The translations under genes were made by a program, and so were the position numbers. A stretch of 42,890 nucleotides of DNA from an uncultured Oleiharenicola sp. Its GTDB lineage: Bacteria; Verrucomicrobiota; Verrucomicrobiia; Opitutales; Opitutaceae. This document shows, one piece after another, positions 9,429 to 19,654 of this stretch. Numbering within the stretch: position 1 is the first letter of the stretch; each line of letters begins with the position of its first letter. The notes under the pieces are model-generated. The model was given only the letters and a program-made list of their open reading frames with translations. It did no database searches and was not told where the DNA came from. The DNA lies in NCBI GenBank assembly GCA_964486705.1, contig CAZAOI010000001.1, forward strand, positions 1 through 42,890, written 5' to 3'.

Positions 9429-9983
9429 ATGAAAGTAATGAGTTCCCTCCTCGCGCTGGTTCTTTTTCCTCTGGTGGCCATGGCGGCCGAGCGCCCGCTG
9501 AAAATCGACCGGGCCCGCACGTTCATCGACGTCGATGTTAATGCGACCGTGAATTTCACCGGTCATCTGGACGCCTACGAAGCGCGCGTAAACGTGGACG
9601 AAGCGGGCAAGATCAAGGGCGCGACGTTCGCCTTCAAATTTTCCGACCTGAAGACCGGCAAGCCCGATCGTGATGCCGACATGATCAAGTGGCTCGGCGG
9701 CGGCGCGCCCGAGGGCCGGTTTGAATTGGGTAACCTCGCGCTCACCCCGGACGGCCAGGGCCAGGTATCCGGCCGGCTGACATTTCACGGCGAGACGGAG
9801 GTGGTGGAGTTTCCGGTTCTGGTCACGCGGGTGGACGGGGTCTTTACCATCACGGGTGAAGCGACCATCGACTACCGCGCGTGGAAGCTGAAAAAATATC
9901 GGCGGGCGTTGGTGCTGACCGTGGATCCCGAGGTGAAGATCCGGTTTAAGTTTGTCGGTGTGCCCGGGGATGAAACGAAGTAG
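9429..9983 (+). CDS. YceI family lipid/polyisoprenoid-binding protein
   Basis: Signal peptide; DLKTGKPDRDADM; GRLTFHGET; TIDYRAW beta-barrel motifs. Confidence 0.85.
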   Translation: MKVMSSLLALVLFPLVAMAAERPLKIDRARTFIDVDVNATVNFTGHLDAYEARVNVDEAGKIKGATFAFKFSDLKTGKPDRDADMIKWLGGGAPEGRFELGNLALTPDGQGQVSGRLTFHGETEVVEFPVLVTRVDGVFTITGEATIDYRAWKLKKYRRALVLTVDPEVKIRFKFVGVPGDETK

Positions 9984-10091
9984 TCACGGGATGACAGGCC
10001 GGCAGAAGGTGGCGTCGCGCCGGCCCACGAAATCGGGCGGGCGCTAGTCGCGACCGAGATCGCGCCCCCAATTAATCCGTTCCCCGTTCCC

Positions 10092-11203
10092 ATGGGCCAC
10101 CTCGCGCTTGTTTTCGTGAATTTGCGCCGGCACAAACTCCGGGCCTGATTGGCGTCGCGGGCATCAGCTTCGGCGTCGCCGCTATGGTGAGAATTCTTTC
10201 CATCGTGAACGGGGCCATCGGTATGTTCGAGCGCCTGCTGGCGGTTGACAGCCACTATCTCGTTTTCGAACGGAACGTGTCCGATCTCTTCTTCAGCAGC
10301 GTGACCAGTGATCAGGTGGCGGCCTTGCGGAAAATACCGGCCGTGGCTTCGGCGCAGCCGTTACTCTTCGGTCTCGTCTCGTCGCCGGGCCATCCGATCG
10401 TCACGTGTTTCGGCTTGGAAGCGGACAATCCGCGTCTGGCCAAGGCCAAATGGCAGGCCGGGCGCGCGGAAGAATTTGGCCGGGTGGCCGGGGGGGTCTG
10501 GCTCGGTGTCCGCGCCGCGGAGTTTTTGGGAGCCAAAGCCGGGCAACCCGTCACCATCGGCCGGGAGGAATTCACGGTTGCTGGCATCTTCGCCACCGAA
10601 AACGGATTCGAGGATGGCGGGGTGTTCCTGCCGCTGGCCGTGGCGCAGCAATTTTTCCATCGCGTGGGCGTGGTGTCCATCGTCGCGATCAAACTGCGCG
10701 CCGAGGCGCGCGGGGCGGAATTTAAGCAGGCGGTGGCGGCGGCGTCTCCGGGGTTGATGGCTTTGGAAATCCGCGAGTTCAACCAGAGCTATCCGCAGTT
10801 CCAGATCCTCCACTACACGGCCTGGGCCGTCGGACTTTGTGCCTTTCTCCTCGGCGGGCTGGGCGTGGCCAACACCATGCTGTTGTCGGTCTTCAGCCGC
10901 ATCCGCGAGATTGCGGTGCTGCGCGTCTGCGGTTTCTCCCGGGGACAGGTGACCGGATTAATTTTCGGCGAAGTCCTCGTCATTGCCGCCGCCGGCCTGT
11001 TGGCCGGCTTTGCGCTCGGTTATGGCGCCTTGGCGGGTTTGGGGCATGTCGTCCCGTTGCAAGGCTACGTTCAGGCGGTCATCAAGCCCAGCATGGTTGG
11101 TGGGATTATTGTTACCTCACTGGTGACCGCGGTGGCGGGCGCGATCTATCCGGCTTGGTTCGCCGCCAAAATCCAACCTGCGGAGGCACTGCGGTATGAA
11201 TGA
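10092..11203 (+). pseudogene. MacB/FtsX-family ABC transporter permease, frameshifted near the 5' end (true pseudogene or sequence error)
   Basis: ATG 10092 gives MGHLALVFVNLRRHKLRA* (stop 10146-10148). Adding one C at 10144-10145 continues as LIGVAGISFGVAAMV... into the 10184-11203 ORF, which carries RIREIAVLRVCG and the PAEALRYE terminus. Confidence 0.8.
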
Positions 11204-11261
11204 ATCCAGACTCGCGACCCACAAGGCGGGCGCGACCAACCCATCCCGCCGCCACGGTCGG

Positions 11262-11321
11262 TTTGTCATCGATTAGATGACAAATATCTCCAGTCGAGTT
11301 TGTCATTTAATAGATGACAAA
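11262..11321. repeat. Two tandem copies of a 23-bp palindrome TTTGTCAT-N7-ATGACAAA
   Basis: TTTGTCATCGATTAGATGACAAA 11262-11284 and TTTGTCATTTAATAGATGACAAA 11299-11321. Confidence 0.85.
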
Positions 11322-11332
11322 GGAGGCAGGAA

Positions 11333-12010
11333 ATGAATGAGGTCATGATCCGGGGGCGGGACTTGGCTAAGACCTATGATGCCGGTCGGGTGTGCGTGCT
11401 CGATGGCGTTAGCCTGGAAGTTCGCGCTGGGGAAATGGTGGCCCTGTGGGGCGCCTCCGGTTCGGGTAAGAGCACCTTGCTGCACCTGCTGGGCGGACTG
11501 GACGCGCCGGATGCGGGCACTCTCACCGTTTGCGGACTCGATCCCAACGACGAGGCTCATCGGCTTGAGCTGCGTCGCCGGCACCTTGGGTTTGTCTTTC
11601 AACTCCATAATCTGATTCCGGATTTGACCGTGGAGGAAAATCTTCGGGTGCCCGCGTGGGCCCTGGGCACCCCTCGTGCCGCCGCCGGCACTCGGGCGCG
11701 CGAGCTGGCGGAATCAGTCGGCCTTACCCATCGGCTCGGCCACCGCATCCAGGATATTTCCGGAGGGGAGCGCCAGCGTACGGCGATCTGCCGAGCGCTG
11801 ATGAAATCGCCCCAGCTTCTGCTTGCCGATGAACCCACGGGTTCGCTCGATGAGGAAAGCGGAGACGCGGTGTTCGGCCTGCTCCGGCAGTTGGTGCGGG
11901 ATCGCGCCATCACCGTCGTGCTGGCGACCCACGAGCGCCGGTTTGCCGAGCAATGCGATCGGGTCCTGCGGGTGCGGCAGGGGAAAATCGAGCCCGCCGG
12001 CGCGGCCTGA
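11333..12010 (+). CDS. ABC transporter ATP-binding protein (LolD/MacB-like)
   Basis: Walker A GASGSGKST; signature ISGGERQR; LLADEPTG; ATH switch; AGGAGG RBS upstream. Confidence 0.93.
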   Translation: MNEVMIRGRDLAKTYDAGRVCVLDGVSLEVRAGEMVALWGASGSGKSTLLHLLGGLDAPDAGTLTVCGLDPNDEAHRLELRRRHLGFVFQLHNLIPDLTVEENLRVPAWALGTPRAAAGTRARELAESVGLTHRLGHRIQDISGGERQRTAICRALMKSPQLLLADEPTGSLDEESGDAVFGLLRQLVRDRAITVVLATHERRFAEQCDRVLRVRQGKIEPAGAA

Positions 12011-12061
12011 CGTCCGCAGTCCGGTCCGTTAATGCGGAGCGGACGGAGTCGCCGCCTCCAT

Positions 12062-12673
12062 TTATTTTTTTGGCGCGTGCCGTTTTTCCAAAACCTTAAT
12101 CGCGGCGCTGAGCGACAATTTTTTCACCCGGAGCAAAACGATCAGGTGGTACAGCAGGTCCGCGGCTTCGCCGGCAAATTCGGCCTTGCTGGCGCTCAAT
12201 GCCGCCAGGGCGGTCTCGACGCCCTCTTCGCCGACCTTTTGCGCCACCCGCGCCACGCCTTCCCGGGCGAGGCGCACGGTGTAACTATTTTTGTCGCCGC
12301 TCTTCAGGCGATCCGCCACGACCTGATCCAGCTGTGCGAGAAACCCCACGCCGCTCGCACCGGCCTCGCCGAAACAGCTCGGGGTGCCGCGGTGGCAGGT
12401 CGGGCCGTCGGGCCGCGCGGTGATGAGCAGCGTGTCCTGGTCGCAGTCCACGGCCAGGCTGACGAGGTGCAGGAAATTTTTCGAAGACTCGCCCTTGGTC
12501 CAGAGCCGGTTCTTGGTGCGGCTGAAAAAAGTGATCCGTTTCGTCCGCAGGGTTTTCTTGACGGCGTCCGCATTCATGTAGCCGAGCATGAGCACCTGCA
12601 GGGTGGCGGCGTCCTGCACGATGGCCGGCACGAGGCCGGAGGTTTTTTTCCAGTCGATTTTGGGAGTCTTCAT
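12062..12673 (-). CDS. hisIE: Bifunctional phosphoribosyl-AMP cyclohydrolase / phosphoribosyl-ATP pyrophosphatase
   Basis: LWTKGESS, DCDQD, TCHRG, AQKVGEEGVE, EAADLLYHL motifs. Confidence 0.96.
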   Translation of the reverse strand: MKTPKIDWKKTSGLVPAIVQDAATLQVLMLGYMNADAVKKTLRTKRITFFSRTKNRLWTKGESSKNFLHLVSLAVDCDQDTLLITARPDGPTCHRGTPSCFGEAGASGVGFLAQLDQVVADRLKSGDKNSYTVRLAREGVARVAQKVGEEGVETALAALSASKAEFAGEAADLLYHLIVLLRVKKLSLSAAIKVLEKRHAPKK

Positions 12674-12779
12674 AAATTTCAGTCTCTGGCAGGGAGCAGT
12701 CTGGAGAGGCCTTTCGTTCGCGGATCGCTCCCGGCGCCGTCGGTCGGAGCGTCTTCGAGGGGCGAACATGAAAATGGTC

Positions 12780-13547
12780 TCATGATCGGATGATGACGCC
12801 GTCGGCGAGCAGTTGCGCCTTCAACGCGGGGATCAGGATGGTGCCTTTGTGGAAAACCGATGCGGCGAGCGCGCCGTCAACCCCGGCCAGGCGGAAGGCG
12901 TCATGAAAGTGGGCGGGGGTGCCGGCGCCGCCGGAGGCGACGAGGGGAACCGTCAGGACCGCGCGCACGAGCTTCAGTTGCGTCAGGTCGTAACCTTGGC
13001 GCATCCCGTCCTGATTCATGCAATTCAGCACAATCTCGCCGGCGCCGAGCCGCTGGGCTTCGCGTGCCCACTCGACCGTGCGCCAACGGGTGGCGCGGGT
13101 CTTGGTTGGGTCGCCGGTGTACTGCTTCACAAAATAGTCGGCGCCTTCCTGGCGGCTGTCGATGCCCACGACGACGCACTGCGAACCAAACGCGGTGGCG
13201 AGTTCGCTGATCAGTGCGGGGGTTTCCAGCGCCGGGGAATTGACGGAAATCTTGTCCGCGCCGGCATGCAGGATGGCCCGCGCCCCGTCGAGCGACCGGA
13301 TGCCGCCGGCGACGCAGAACGGGATGTCGAGCACGCGGGCGACTCGCGACACCCAGTCGGTGGCCACGGTGCGTCCGTCGCTGCTGGCCGTGATGTCGTA
13401 GAACACCAGTTCATCAGCGCCGGCATCGCGGTAGCGTTGCGCCAACTCGATGATGTCTCCGACGATTTCATGATCGCGGAACTGGGTGCCTTTGACGACC
13501 TGACCGTCGCGGACGTCGAGACACGGAATGATGCGGCGGGCTAGCAT
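12780..13547 (-). CDS. hisF: Imidazole glycerol phosphate synthase cyclase subunit
   Basis: [12 protein letters not shown] start; [13 protein letters not shown]; ASGGAG; ALAASVFH. Confidence 0.96.
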   Translation of the reverse strand: MLARRIIPCLDVRDGQVVKGTQFRDHEIVGDIIELAQRYRDAGADELVFYDITASSDGRTVATDWVSRVARVLDIPFCVAGGIRSLDGARAILHAGADKISVNSPALETPALISELATAFGSQCVVVGIDSRQEGADYFVKQYTGDPTKTRATRWRTVEWAREAQRLGAGEIVLNCMNQDGMRQGYDLTQLKLVRAVLTVPLVASGGAGTPAHFHDAFRLAGVDGALAASVFHKGTILIPALKAQLLADGVIIRS

Positions 13548-14269
13548 GCGAGGGCCTCCCGGAGGGTAAACTTTTTCTCGTAGAGCGCGCGGCCCACGAT
13601 CACGCCGGCCGCGCCCGCGGCGCGCAACGGGGGCAGGTCGGCGAGGGCCGCCACGCCACCCGAGGCCTGGATCTGCAGGGAAGGGAAGCGCTGGATGAGG
13701 CCGGTGTAGAGTGCCGTGTTCGGCCCGGTCAGTTTTCCGTCGCGGCTGATGTCCGTGCAAAGAATATGGCGCAGGCCGGCAGCGAGGAAGCCGGTTAGAA
13801 AATCGTCGAGCGCGACGCCCGTGCTTTCCTGCCAACCAGCGGCGGCGATGCGCGGGGTGCCATCGGCGTCGAGGCGCACGTCCGGCGCGAGAATGATGTG
13901 TTCCGCGCCGAAGCGACCCAGCCACTCGCGGACCCGCGCCGGGTCTTTCGCCGCGACACTGCCGACGATCACCCGCTGGGCCCCGGCTTCCAATAAAGTT
14001 TCAATCTGGGCCTCATCGCGGATGCCACCGCCGGTCTGGACTTTGAGGCCGCTGTGGGTGGTGAGGGTTTGGACGAGAGCGGTCTGGCGTTGGGCCGGAT
14101 CCTTCGCGCCATCGAGATCGACGACATGCAGCCAGGTCGCGCCGGCCACCGCGAAATCGTGGGCGACCGCTAGGGGATCGGAGCCGTAGCTGGTTTCCTG
14201 GTCGAAGCGTCCTTCCGTCAGGCGGACAACGCGACTACCGCGGAGATCGATGGCGGGATAGATGATCAC
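13541..14269 (-). CDS. hisA: ProFAR isomerase
   Basis: [33 protein letters not shown]; GTG start. Confidence 0.96.
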   Translation of the reverse strand: MIIYPAIDLRGSRVVRLTEGRFDQETSYGSDPLAVAHDFAVAGATWLHVVDLDGAKDPAQRQTALVQTLTTHSGLKVQTGGGIRDEAQIETLLEAGAQRVIVGSVAAKDPARVREWLGRFGAEHIILAPDVRLDADGTPRIAAAGWQESTGVALDDFLTGFLAAGLRHILCTDISRDGKLTGPNTALYTGLIQRFPSLQIQASGGVAALADLPPLRAAGAAGVIVGRALYEKKFTLREALAC

Positions 14270-14318
14270 GGCGTGGGAAATGGGTAATATAATACGCTTC
14301 CCATTATCGGGGGATGGT

Positions 14319-14912
14319 TCATGCGCGGTCGTCCACGAAATTTTTCAACAATTGGGCTCCGGCGACGCCGGAGCGCTCCGGGTGGAATTGGACGCCGGAA
14401 AAATTGCGGCGCTCCACAATGGCGGCGAACGGGGTGCCGTGGTCACCGCTGGCGACCGTGAAGGCGTTCACCGGACCCGCATAGCTGTGCACAAAATAAA
14501 AGCGGGCGTCGGGTTCGATGCCGAAGAGCAACCGGGCATTCTTGCCGGAGAGAACCGTGTTCCACCCCATGTGCGGTACCTGCACCCCGGGAGAAGCCGG
14601 CAGCAGGTCCACCCGACCGGGGATCAGCCCGAGCGTCTCCGTCTCGCCCTCCGCGGAAGATTCGAACAACAGCTGCATGCCAAGACAAACGCCCAGCACC
14701 GGCTGCGTCAGGCCGCGCACACACTCGACCAGGCCGCGCTCGCGCAACTGGCGCATGCCCTCGTTGGCGGAGCCGACACCGGGCAAAATCACCCGGTCGG
14801 CCGCGCGAATGACTGCGGGGTCCGCGGTGAGCTCGCTTGTGATGCCGAGCCGCTCGAGCGCAAAGCGCACCGAGGCAATATTGGCTCCGCCGCTGTCGAC
14901 GATGGCTAGCAT
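14319..14912 (-). CDS. hisH: Imidazole glycerol phosphate synthase glutaminase subunit
   Basis: LPGVG, GVCLGMQ, PHMGWN, YFVHSY, QFHPE motifs. Confidence 0.96.
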   Translation of the reverse strand: MLAIVDSGGANIASVRFALERLGITSELTADPAVIRAADRVILPGVGSANEGMRQLRERGLVECVRGLTQPVLGVCLGMQLLFESSAEGETETLGLIPGRVDLLPASPGVQVPHMGWNTVLSGKNARLLFGIEPDARFYFVHSYAGPVNAFTVASGDHGTPFAAIVERRNFSGVQFHPERSGVAGAQLLKNFVDDRA

Positions 14913-14951
14913 GGCCAGATCATCCCGGCGGCCGCGCAGCCGATCAATGAG

Positions 14952-14991
14952 CGGTCGGGGCCGTGGCCCTCAACGGCCCGCGCCCCGACCG
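14952..14991. repeat. REP-like hairpin (GTCG type) between hisB and hisH
   Basis: Perfect 10-bp outer stem CGGTCGGGGC/GCCCCGACCG; 14952-14979 is 24/28 identical to the reverse complement of 36599-36626. Confidence 0.7.
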
Positions 14992-15012
14992 GCAGAACAG
15001 GGAGGAGGTTCA

Positions 15013-16077
15013 TCAGAGTATTCCCTTCGTGCTGGGAATCTCGTTGCCGGTGCCGCGCGCCAGGGCGGGGCGCAGGGCGCGGCCAAAGCCCTTGAAGAGC
15101 GTCTCCACCATGTGGTGCGTGTTGTCGCCCGTGACGCTCATCTGCAGCGTGGCCGCCAAGGCGTCGCTCACCGAGCGAAAGAAGTGAGGCACGAGCTCGG
15201 TCGGCAGTTCGCCGACCATTTCGCGGGGAAACTTGCCTTCAAAGACAAAATAGGCGCGGCCGCTCAGATCGAGCGCGACCTGGGCCTGCGCCTCGTCCAT
15301 CGGGAGCACGAAACCGTAGCGGCCCACGCCGCGTTTGTCACCCAGCGCCTGCTTCAGGGCCTGGCCGAGGGCGATGCCAACGTCCTCGACGGTGTGGTGC
15401 TCGTCGATTTCCAGGTCGCCGGCGCACGTGATCGCGAGGCCGATGCCGGCGTTCTTCGCAATCTGCTCGAGCATGTGGTCGAAGAAACCGAGGCCGGTGG
15501 CGAGCTGCGCCGGCGCCGCCTGGTCGAGGTCAACTGCGACGGTGATTTTGGTCTCCTTGGTGTGGCGGACAATCGTCGCGCGGCGCGGCGCGTCCACCAG
15601 CCGGCGGGCAATTTCCGGCCAGTCGAGGTTCTTGCGGTCGTAACGCAGGCTGCGGATGCCGAGATTCTCCGCCAGCTGCACATCCGTCTCGCGGTCCCCG
15701 ATGACCACGGATAATTCCCGCGACCAAAGGGTATCGCGCACATAGTCCGGGAGCAGGCCGAGCTTCGGCTTGCGGCAGTCGCAGCGGTCGGCGGGAGTGT
15801 GGGGGCAGACGCGCACGGCTTCGAACGCAATGCCCTGCGAGCCGAGGATATCCAGCAGGAGGTTTTGCAGCGGACGGAATTCCTCCTCGCGGAAACTCGG
15901 GGTGCCGAGTCCGTCCTGGTTGGTGACCATGACAAACGTGTAGCCGGCGTCGCGCAACCGCAGCAACGCCGGGATGCTGGCGGGTTCGAGGGCGAATTTG
16001 TCGAGCCGGTCGATTTGCTGGTCAAACGGCTCGGTGATGAGGGTGCCGTCGCGATCGATAAAAAGGATTTTTTTCAT
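15013..16077 (-). CDS. hisB: Bifunctional histidinol-phosphatase / imidazoleglycerol-phosphate dehydratase (HisNB)
   Basis: N-terminal HAD domain [19 protein letters not shown]; C-terminal [31 protein letters not shown]. Confidence 0.96.
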   Translation of the reverse strand: MKKILFIDRDGTLITEPFDQQIDRLDKFALEPASIPALLRLRDAGYTFVMVTNQDGLGTPSFREEEFRPLQNLLLDILGSQGIAFEAVRVCPHTPADRCDCRKPKLGLLPDYVRDTLWSRELSVVIGDRETDVQLAENLGIRSLRYDRKNLDWPEIARRLVDAPRRATIVRHTKETKITVAVDLDQAAPAQLATGLGFFDHMLEQIAKNAGIGLAITCAGDLEIDEHHTVEDVGIALGQALKQALGDKRGVGRYGFVLPMDEAQAQVALDLSGRAYFVFEGKFPREMVGELPTELVPHFFRSVSDALAATLQMSVTGDNTHHMVETLFKGFGRALRPALARGTGNEIPSTKGIL

Positions 16078-16101
16078 GGCAGGGATTTTGGGAGGGAGGA
16101 T

Positions 16102-17172
16102 TCAGACCCGGGCGATAATCTCCAGGGCGGCGTTGTTTTCTTCCGGCGTGCCCATGGTGATGCGCACGCAGTGGGCGAGACCGTGGTCGCGGCTGCGGTC
16201 CCGCAGCACGACTCCGGCAGCCCGGGTTGCCGCCATGACCCGTGCGGAATCGATCACTTCAAAAAGCAGGAAATTGCTGTCGCTGGGCCAGACGCGGCGG
16301 ACCGCCGGTAGCGCGGCCAGCGCGGTCGCGAGGCGCTGACGCTCGGCAACGAGCCCTTGTGCCGACACACGCGCGGCGGCCAGGCCCGCGGGCGCAAGCG
16401 CGGCGAGGGCGGCCTGCAGAACCGGGGTGGGCACGGGATAGGGAGCGATGATCTTTTGCAGCACCCCGATGAGCGCGGGCTGGGCCAGCGTCGCCCCGCA
16501 GCGAACTCCGGCGAGGCCGAAGGCCTTCGACAGCGTGCGCAAGACCACGAGATTGGGGTGGGCCGGAAATTCTTCCGCCAGACTTCGGGTCCCGGCGAAT
16601 TCCAAATAGGCCTCGTCGACCACCACGACGGCGCGACCAAGCAAGGCTTGAGTGATGCGGAGCACGGCGGCGCGATCCAGCAGCGCGCCTGTGGGATTGT
16701 TGGGCGAACAAAGAAAAACCAGTTTCACGTCCGGAGTAACCGCGGCCAACACGGCCCCGGGGTCCACGGCGAAATCGTGGGCGGCGAGGAGTGGGACCGG
16801 GACGACGCGGGCATTTTGAATCGCGGCGGAAACGGCATACATGCCGTAGGTGGGCGGCGTGTTCACGATCGAGTCCTGGCCGGCCCGGCAGAAAGCGCGC
16901 AGGAGCAGATCGATGCCCTCGTCGGAGCCGCGGGTGACGAGGAGGTTGGCGGGGGCGACTGCGTAGTAGGAGGCGAGGCGCGCGATCAGGTCGGGCGGCT
17001 GCGGTTCCGGGTAGCGGTTGAGCAGCGGCTTGCCGGCAGACGGGGTGAGCGGATTTTCATTGGCGTCGAGCCAGACCCGGCCGCTCTGGGCTTCCTTGCG
17101 GGCCGAGCTGTAGGGCGTGAGCGCCAGAATTTCCGGCCGGATCAGCGAGAGGACGGGATCGGTCGGGCTCAT
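16102..17172 (-). CDS. hisC: Histidinol-phosphate aminotransferase
   Basis: LDANENP, NRYP, GSDEGID, CSPNNPTG, DEAY, RTLSKAFGLAGVRCG; ATG overlaps the hisD stop (ATGA). Confidence 0.96.
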   Translation of the reverse strand: MSPTDPVLSLIRPEILALTPYSSARKEAQSGRVWLDANENPLTPSAGKPLLNRYPEPQPPDLIARLASYYAVAPANLLVTRGSDEGIDLLLRAFCRAGQDSIVNTPPTYGMYAVSAAIQNARVVPVPLLAAHDFAVDPGAVLAAVTPDVKLVFLCSPNNPTGALLDRAAVLRITQALLGRAVVVVDEAYLEFAGTRSLAEEFPAHPNLVVLRTLSKAFGLAGVRCGATLAQPALIGVLQKIIAPYPVPTPVLQAALAALAPAGLAAARVSAQGLVAERQRLATALAALPAVRRVWPSDSNFLLFEVIDSARVMAATRAAGVVLRDRSRDHGLAHCVRITMGTPEENNAALEIIARV

Positions 17173-18470
17173 GAGGAAAAATTCTCCAGCCGCACCCGGA
17201 CCGCCCGCTGGTGGGCGACGAGGCCTTCGGCGAGTGCGAGGCGTTCGACGACCGGGCCGAGCTTTTGCAAGCCGGCGCGGGTGGAGGTTTGTACGGTCAT
17301 GGTACGTTGAAAATCTGCGAGGCCGAGGCCGCTGCAAACCCGGGCCCAGCCGTAGGTGGGCAGCACATGGTTGGTCCCGCTCGCGTAGTCGCCGAGGGAC
17401 TCCGGCGTCAAGTCGCCGAGAAAAACCGAACCGGCGGTCGTGATGCTGGGGAGCAATTCGCGCGGCCGGGCGACCTGCAGGATGAGGTGTTCGGGAGCGT
17501 AGCGGTTGGCGATCTCCACCGCCTCCGCCCGGCTCGCGGCAAGAAAAATTCGACTGCCTTCCAGCGCGCGGCGGGCGAGGTCGGCCCGCGGCAACTCGGC
17601 GAGTTGTTTTTCCAATTGCACCAGCACGCGGCGCGCAAACCCCTTCGAGAAGGCGACGAGCACCACCTGGGAGTCGGGGCCGTGCTCGGCTTGGGATAAC
17701 AGATCGGCGGCGACGAACGCGGGTTGGGCGCGATCGTCGGCGAGGACGAGCACCTCGGAGGGCCCGGCCGGCAGATCCAGGGCGGCGCCGGCCGGATCGC
17801 GCGAGACCTGCAATTTGGCCTCGGTCACAAAGGCGTTGCCGGGACCGAAAAGCTTGTCGCATTTCGGCACACTGGCCGTGCCGTAGGCGAGGGCGGCGAT
17901 GGCCTGGGCACCACCGACCTTATAGATCTCCGTAATCCCGCAAAGTCGGGCCGCAGAGAGAATCCATGGGTTGACGCCTCCGGTCCGGTCCGGCGGGGTG
18001 CAGAGCACGCGGACGGTGCACCCGGCAAGTTGGGATGGCACGCCAAGCATCAAGGCCGTGGAGGGCAACGGGGCGCTGCCGCCCGGCACGTAGAGGCCCA
18101 CGCGGCTGAGCGGGCGAGCGGTCCGTTCGCAGACGATGCCCGGTTGGGTTTCAACGCGGAGATCCGCCGGGCGTTGGGCGGCGTGAAAGGTGTGGATATT
18201 CAGGTAGGCGGTGCGGAGCGCGGCTTTGTCGGCGCGGCCCAAACCGGCGTCGGCCGCGGCGAATTCGGCCGGGCTGACCCGAAGGGCGGACAGGCTGACG
18301 CCGTCGAACATTTTTGTGAATCGGCGCAAGGCAACATCCCCGTCGCGTCGGACGGCGGCGACGATTGTCCGCACGGCGGCGGCCACCTGTGGTTGCGCCT
18401 GCTGGGCGGGACGACGGAGGGCCGCGGTGCGCTGTTGGGCCGAGAGATTTTTCCAGAGGAGAGGTTGCAT
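17169..18470 (-). CDS. hisD: Histidinol dehydrogenase
   Basis: GLYVPGG, GGAQAIAALAYG, GPGNAFV, PAGPSE, SQAEH, APEHL, GDYASGTNHVLPT. Confidence 0.97.
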   Translation of the reverse strand: MQPLLWKNLSAQQRTAALRRPAQQAQPQVAAAVRTIVAAVRRDGDVALRRFTKMFDGVSLSALRVSPAEFAAADAGLGRADKAALRTAYLNIHTFHAAQRPADLRVETQPGIVCERTARPLSRVGLYVPGGSAPLPSTALMLGVPSQLAGCTVRVLCTPPDRTGGVNPWILSAARLCGITEIYKVGGAQAIAALAYGTASVPKCDKLFGPGNAFVTEAKLQVSRDPAGAALDLPAGPSEVLVLADDRAQPAFVAADLLSQAEHGPDSQVVLVAFSKGFARRVLVQLEKQLAELPRADLARRALEGSRIFLAASRAEAVEIANRYAPEHLILQVARPRELLPSITTAGSVFLGDLTPESLGDYASGTNHVLPTYGWARVCSGLGLADFQRTMTVQTSTRAGLQKLGPVVERLALAEGLVAHQRAVRVRLENFSS

Positions 18471-18477
18471 GAGGATT

Positions 18478-18564
18478 GAGTCGTTCTCGTTCTCTTAATC
18501 TTTCTCGTAATCTCGTGGGTCAAACGGAGAGAAAGATTATGATTACGAGAAAGAGAAAGATCAT
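18478..18564. repeat. Inverted repeat built of 6-nt periodic units in the hisG-hisD spacer
   Basis: TCGTTC-TCGTTC-TCTTAA-TCTTTC-TCGTAA versus GAGAAA-GATTAT-GATTAC-GAGAAA-GAGAAA; 18499-18512 is the perfect reverse complement of 18541-18554. Confidence 0.8.
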
Positions 18565-18566
18565 AG

Positions 18567-19475
18567 TCAGAGCATCATCTTTTCGATGGGGAGAACGAGG
18601 ATGCTGCTGGCGCCGGCCTTTTTCAGCGACTCCATGGTTTCCCAAAACACCGCCTCCGAACACACGGCGTGAAGGGCGACCTTCGTGTCGTCGCCCGCGA
18701 GCGGGAGGATGGTGGGATTCTCCGAGCCCGGGAGCAGGTGCCTGATTTCGGCCAGGGCAGTCTTGGGGGCGTGAAGCATGATGTATTTCGTGCCCGCCGC
18801 TTTTTGCACGCCGTCGATGCGCCGGAGCAGAATTTCCAGCGAATGAGACTGGTTGGCCGCGAGTTCGTGCGCGCTGCGGAGAAGCACGGCCGTGCTCTTG
18901 AAGACGGTCTCCACCGCGCGAAGTTTGTTGGCCTCCAGGGTGGAACCGCTGGCGACGAGGTCGCAGATGACGTCGGCGAGGCCGAGTCGCGGGGCGATCT
19001 CCACGGAGCCGCTCAGGTAGACGACCTCGGCGGTGATTTTCTGTTCGGCCAGAAAACGTTTGGTCAACTGGGGGTAGGAGGTCGCGATGCGCAGGCCTTG
19101 CAGGTCTTGCGCGCTGTGGTAGGGGCGTTCCTCCGGCAGGGCGAGGGCCAGCCGGCAGCCGCCGAAATCGAGCGAGCGCTCAATAAAATAGCCGCCGGCC
19201 GTGCCGTTGGTGCGGCGTTCGAGCGCGGCTTCCTCAAGGACGTTGGTGCCGACGATGCCGAGATCGCAGACTCCGTCCATGACGAGCTGGGGAATGTCGT
19301 CATCGCGGACGAAGAGCAGGTCGATGGGAAAATTATCGGAATGGAGGAGCAGGCGTTCCTTGGCCGACTTGACGCGGATGCCGCAATGGGCGAGCAGATC
19401 GAGGGAATCGGACGAGAGCCGGCCGCTTTTTTGGATGGCGAGACGGAGGCGGTCTTTGGGCGGAGTGGTGGGCAT
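18567..19475 (-). CDS. hisG: ATP phosphoribosyltransferase, long form
   Basis: LAIQKSGRL, VRDDDIP, ATSYP, GSVEIAP, DLVASGSTL; C-terminal regulatory domain ending ILVLPIEKM. Confidence 0.97.
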   Translation of the reverse strand: MPTTPPKDRLRLAIQKSGRLSSDSLDLLAHCGIRVKSAKERLLLHSDNFPIDLLFVRDDDIPQLVMDGVCDLGIVGTNVLEEAALERRTNGTAGGYFIERSLDFGGCRLALALPEERPYHSAQDLQGLRIATSYPQLTKRFLAEQKITAEVVYLSGSVEIAPRLGLADVICDLVASGSTLEANKLRAVETVFKSTAVLLRSAHELAANQSHSLEILLRRIDGVQKAAGTKYIMLHAPKTALAEIRHLLPGSENPTILPLAGDDTKVALHAVCSEAVFWETMESLKKAGASSILVLPIEKMML

Positions 19476-19559
19476 GGGAAGAAGGGCGGAAAGTGGCGGG
19501 GGGAGAATTTAGAGTTGCGGGCCGGGAAAAGCGAGGCGGGTTGGGCTTGGCGCCGGGGC

Positions 19560-19596
19560 AAAAAAAACCCCGGCGGGATGAACCTGCCGGGGTTTT
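19560..19596 (-). terminator. Intrinsic terminator of the his attenuator
   Basis: Minus strand AAAA-CCCCGGCAGG-TTCAT-CCCGCCGGGG-TTTTTTTT, located between the leader peptide and hisG. Confidence 0.88.
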
Positions 19597-19654
19597 GGAA
19601 ATTGGATCCATCAGCCACGGGCAAGGCACTTCCGGCCTTCCCGCGCCGGGAAGG

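Noticed and set aside
11262-11321. Possible mini CRISPR array (two 23-bp palindromic repeats)
   Set aside because: Only two units, a 14-bp spacer, and no cas genes or leader
16102-17862. 586-aa HisC and 381-aa HisF calls suggesting N-terminal fusions
   Set aside because: The extensions overlap hisD and hisA in another frame; the real starts are ATG 17172 and ATG 13547, coupled to the upstream stops
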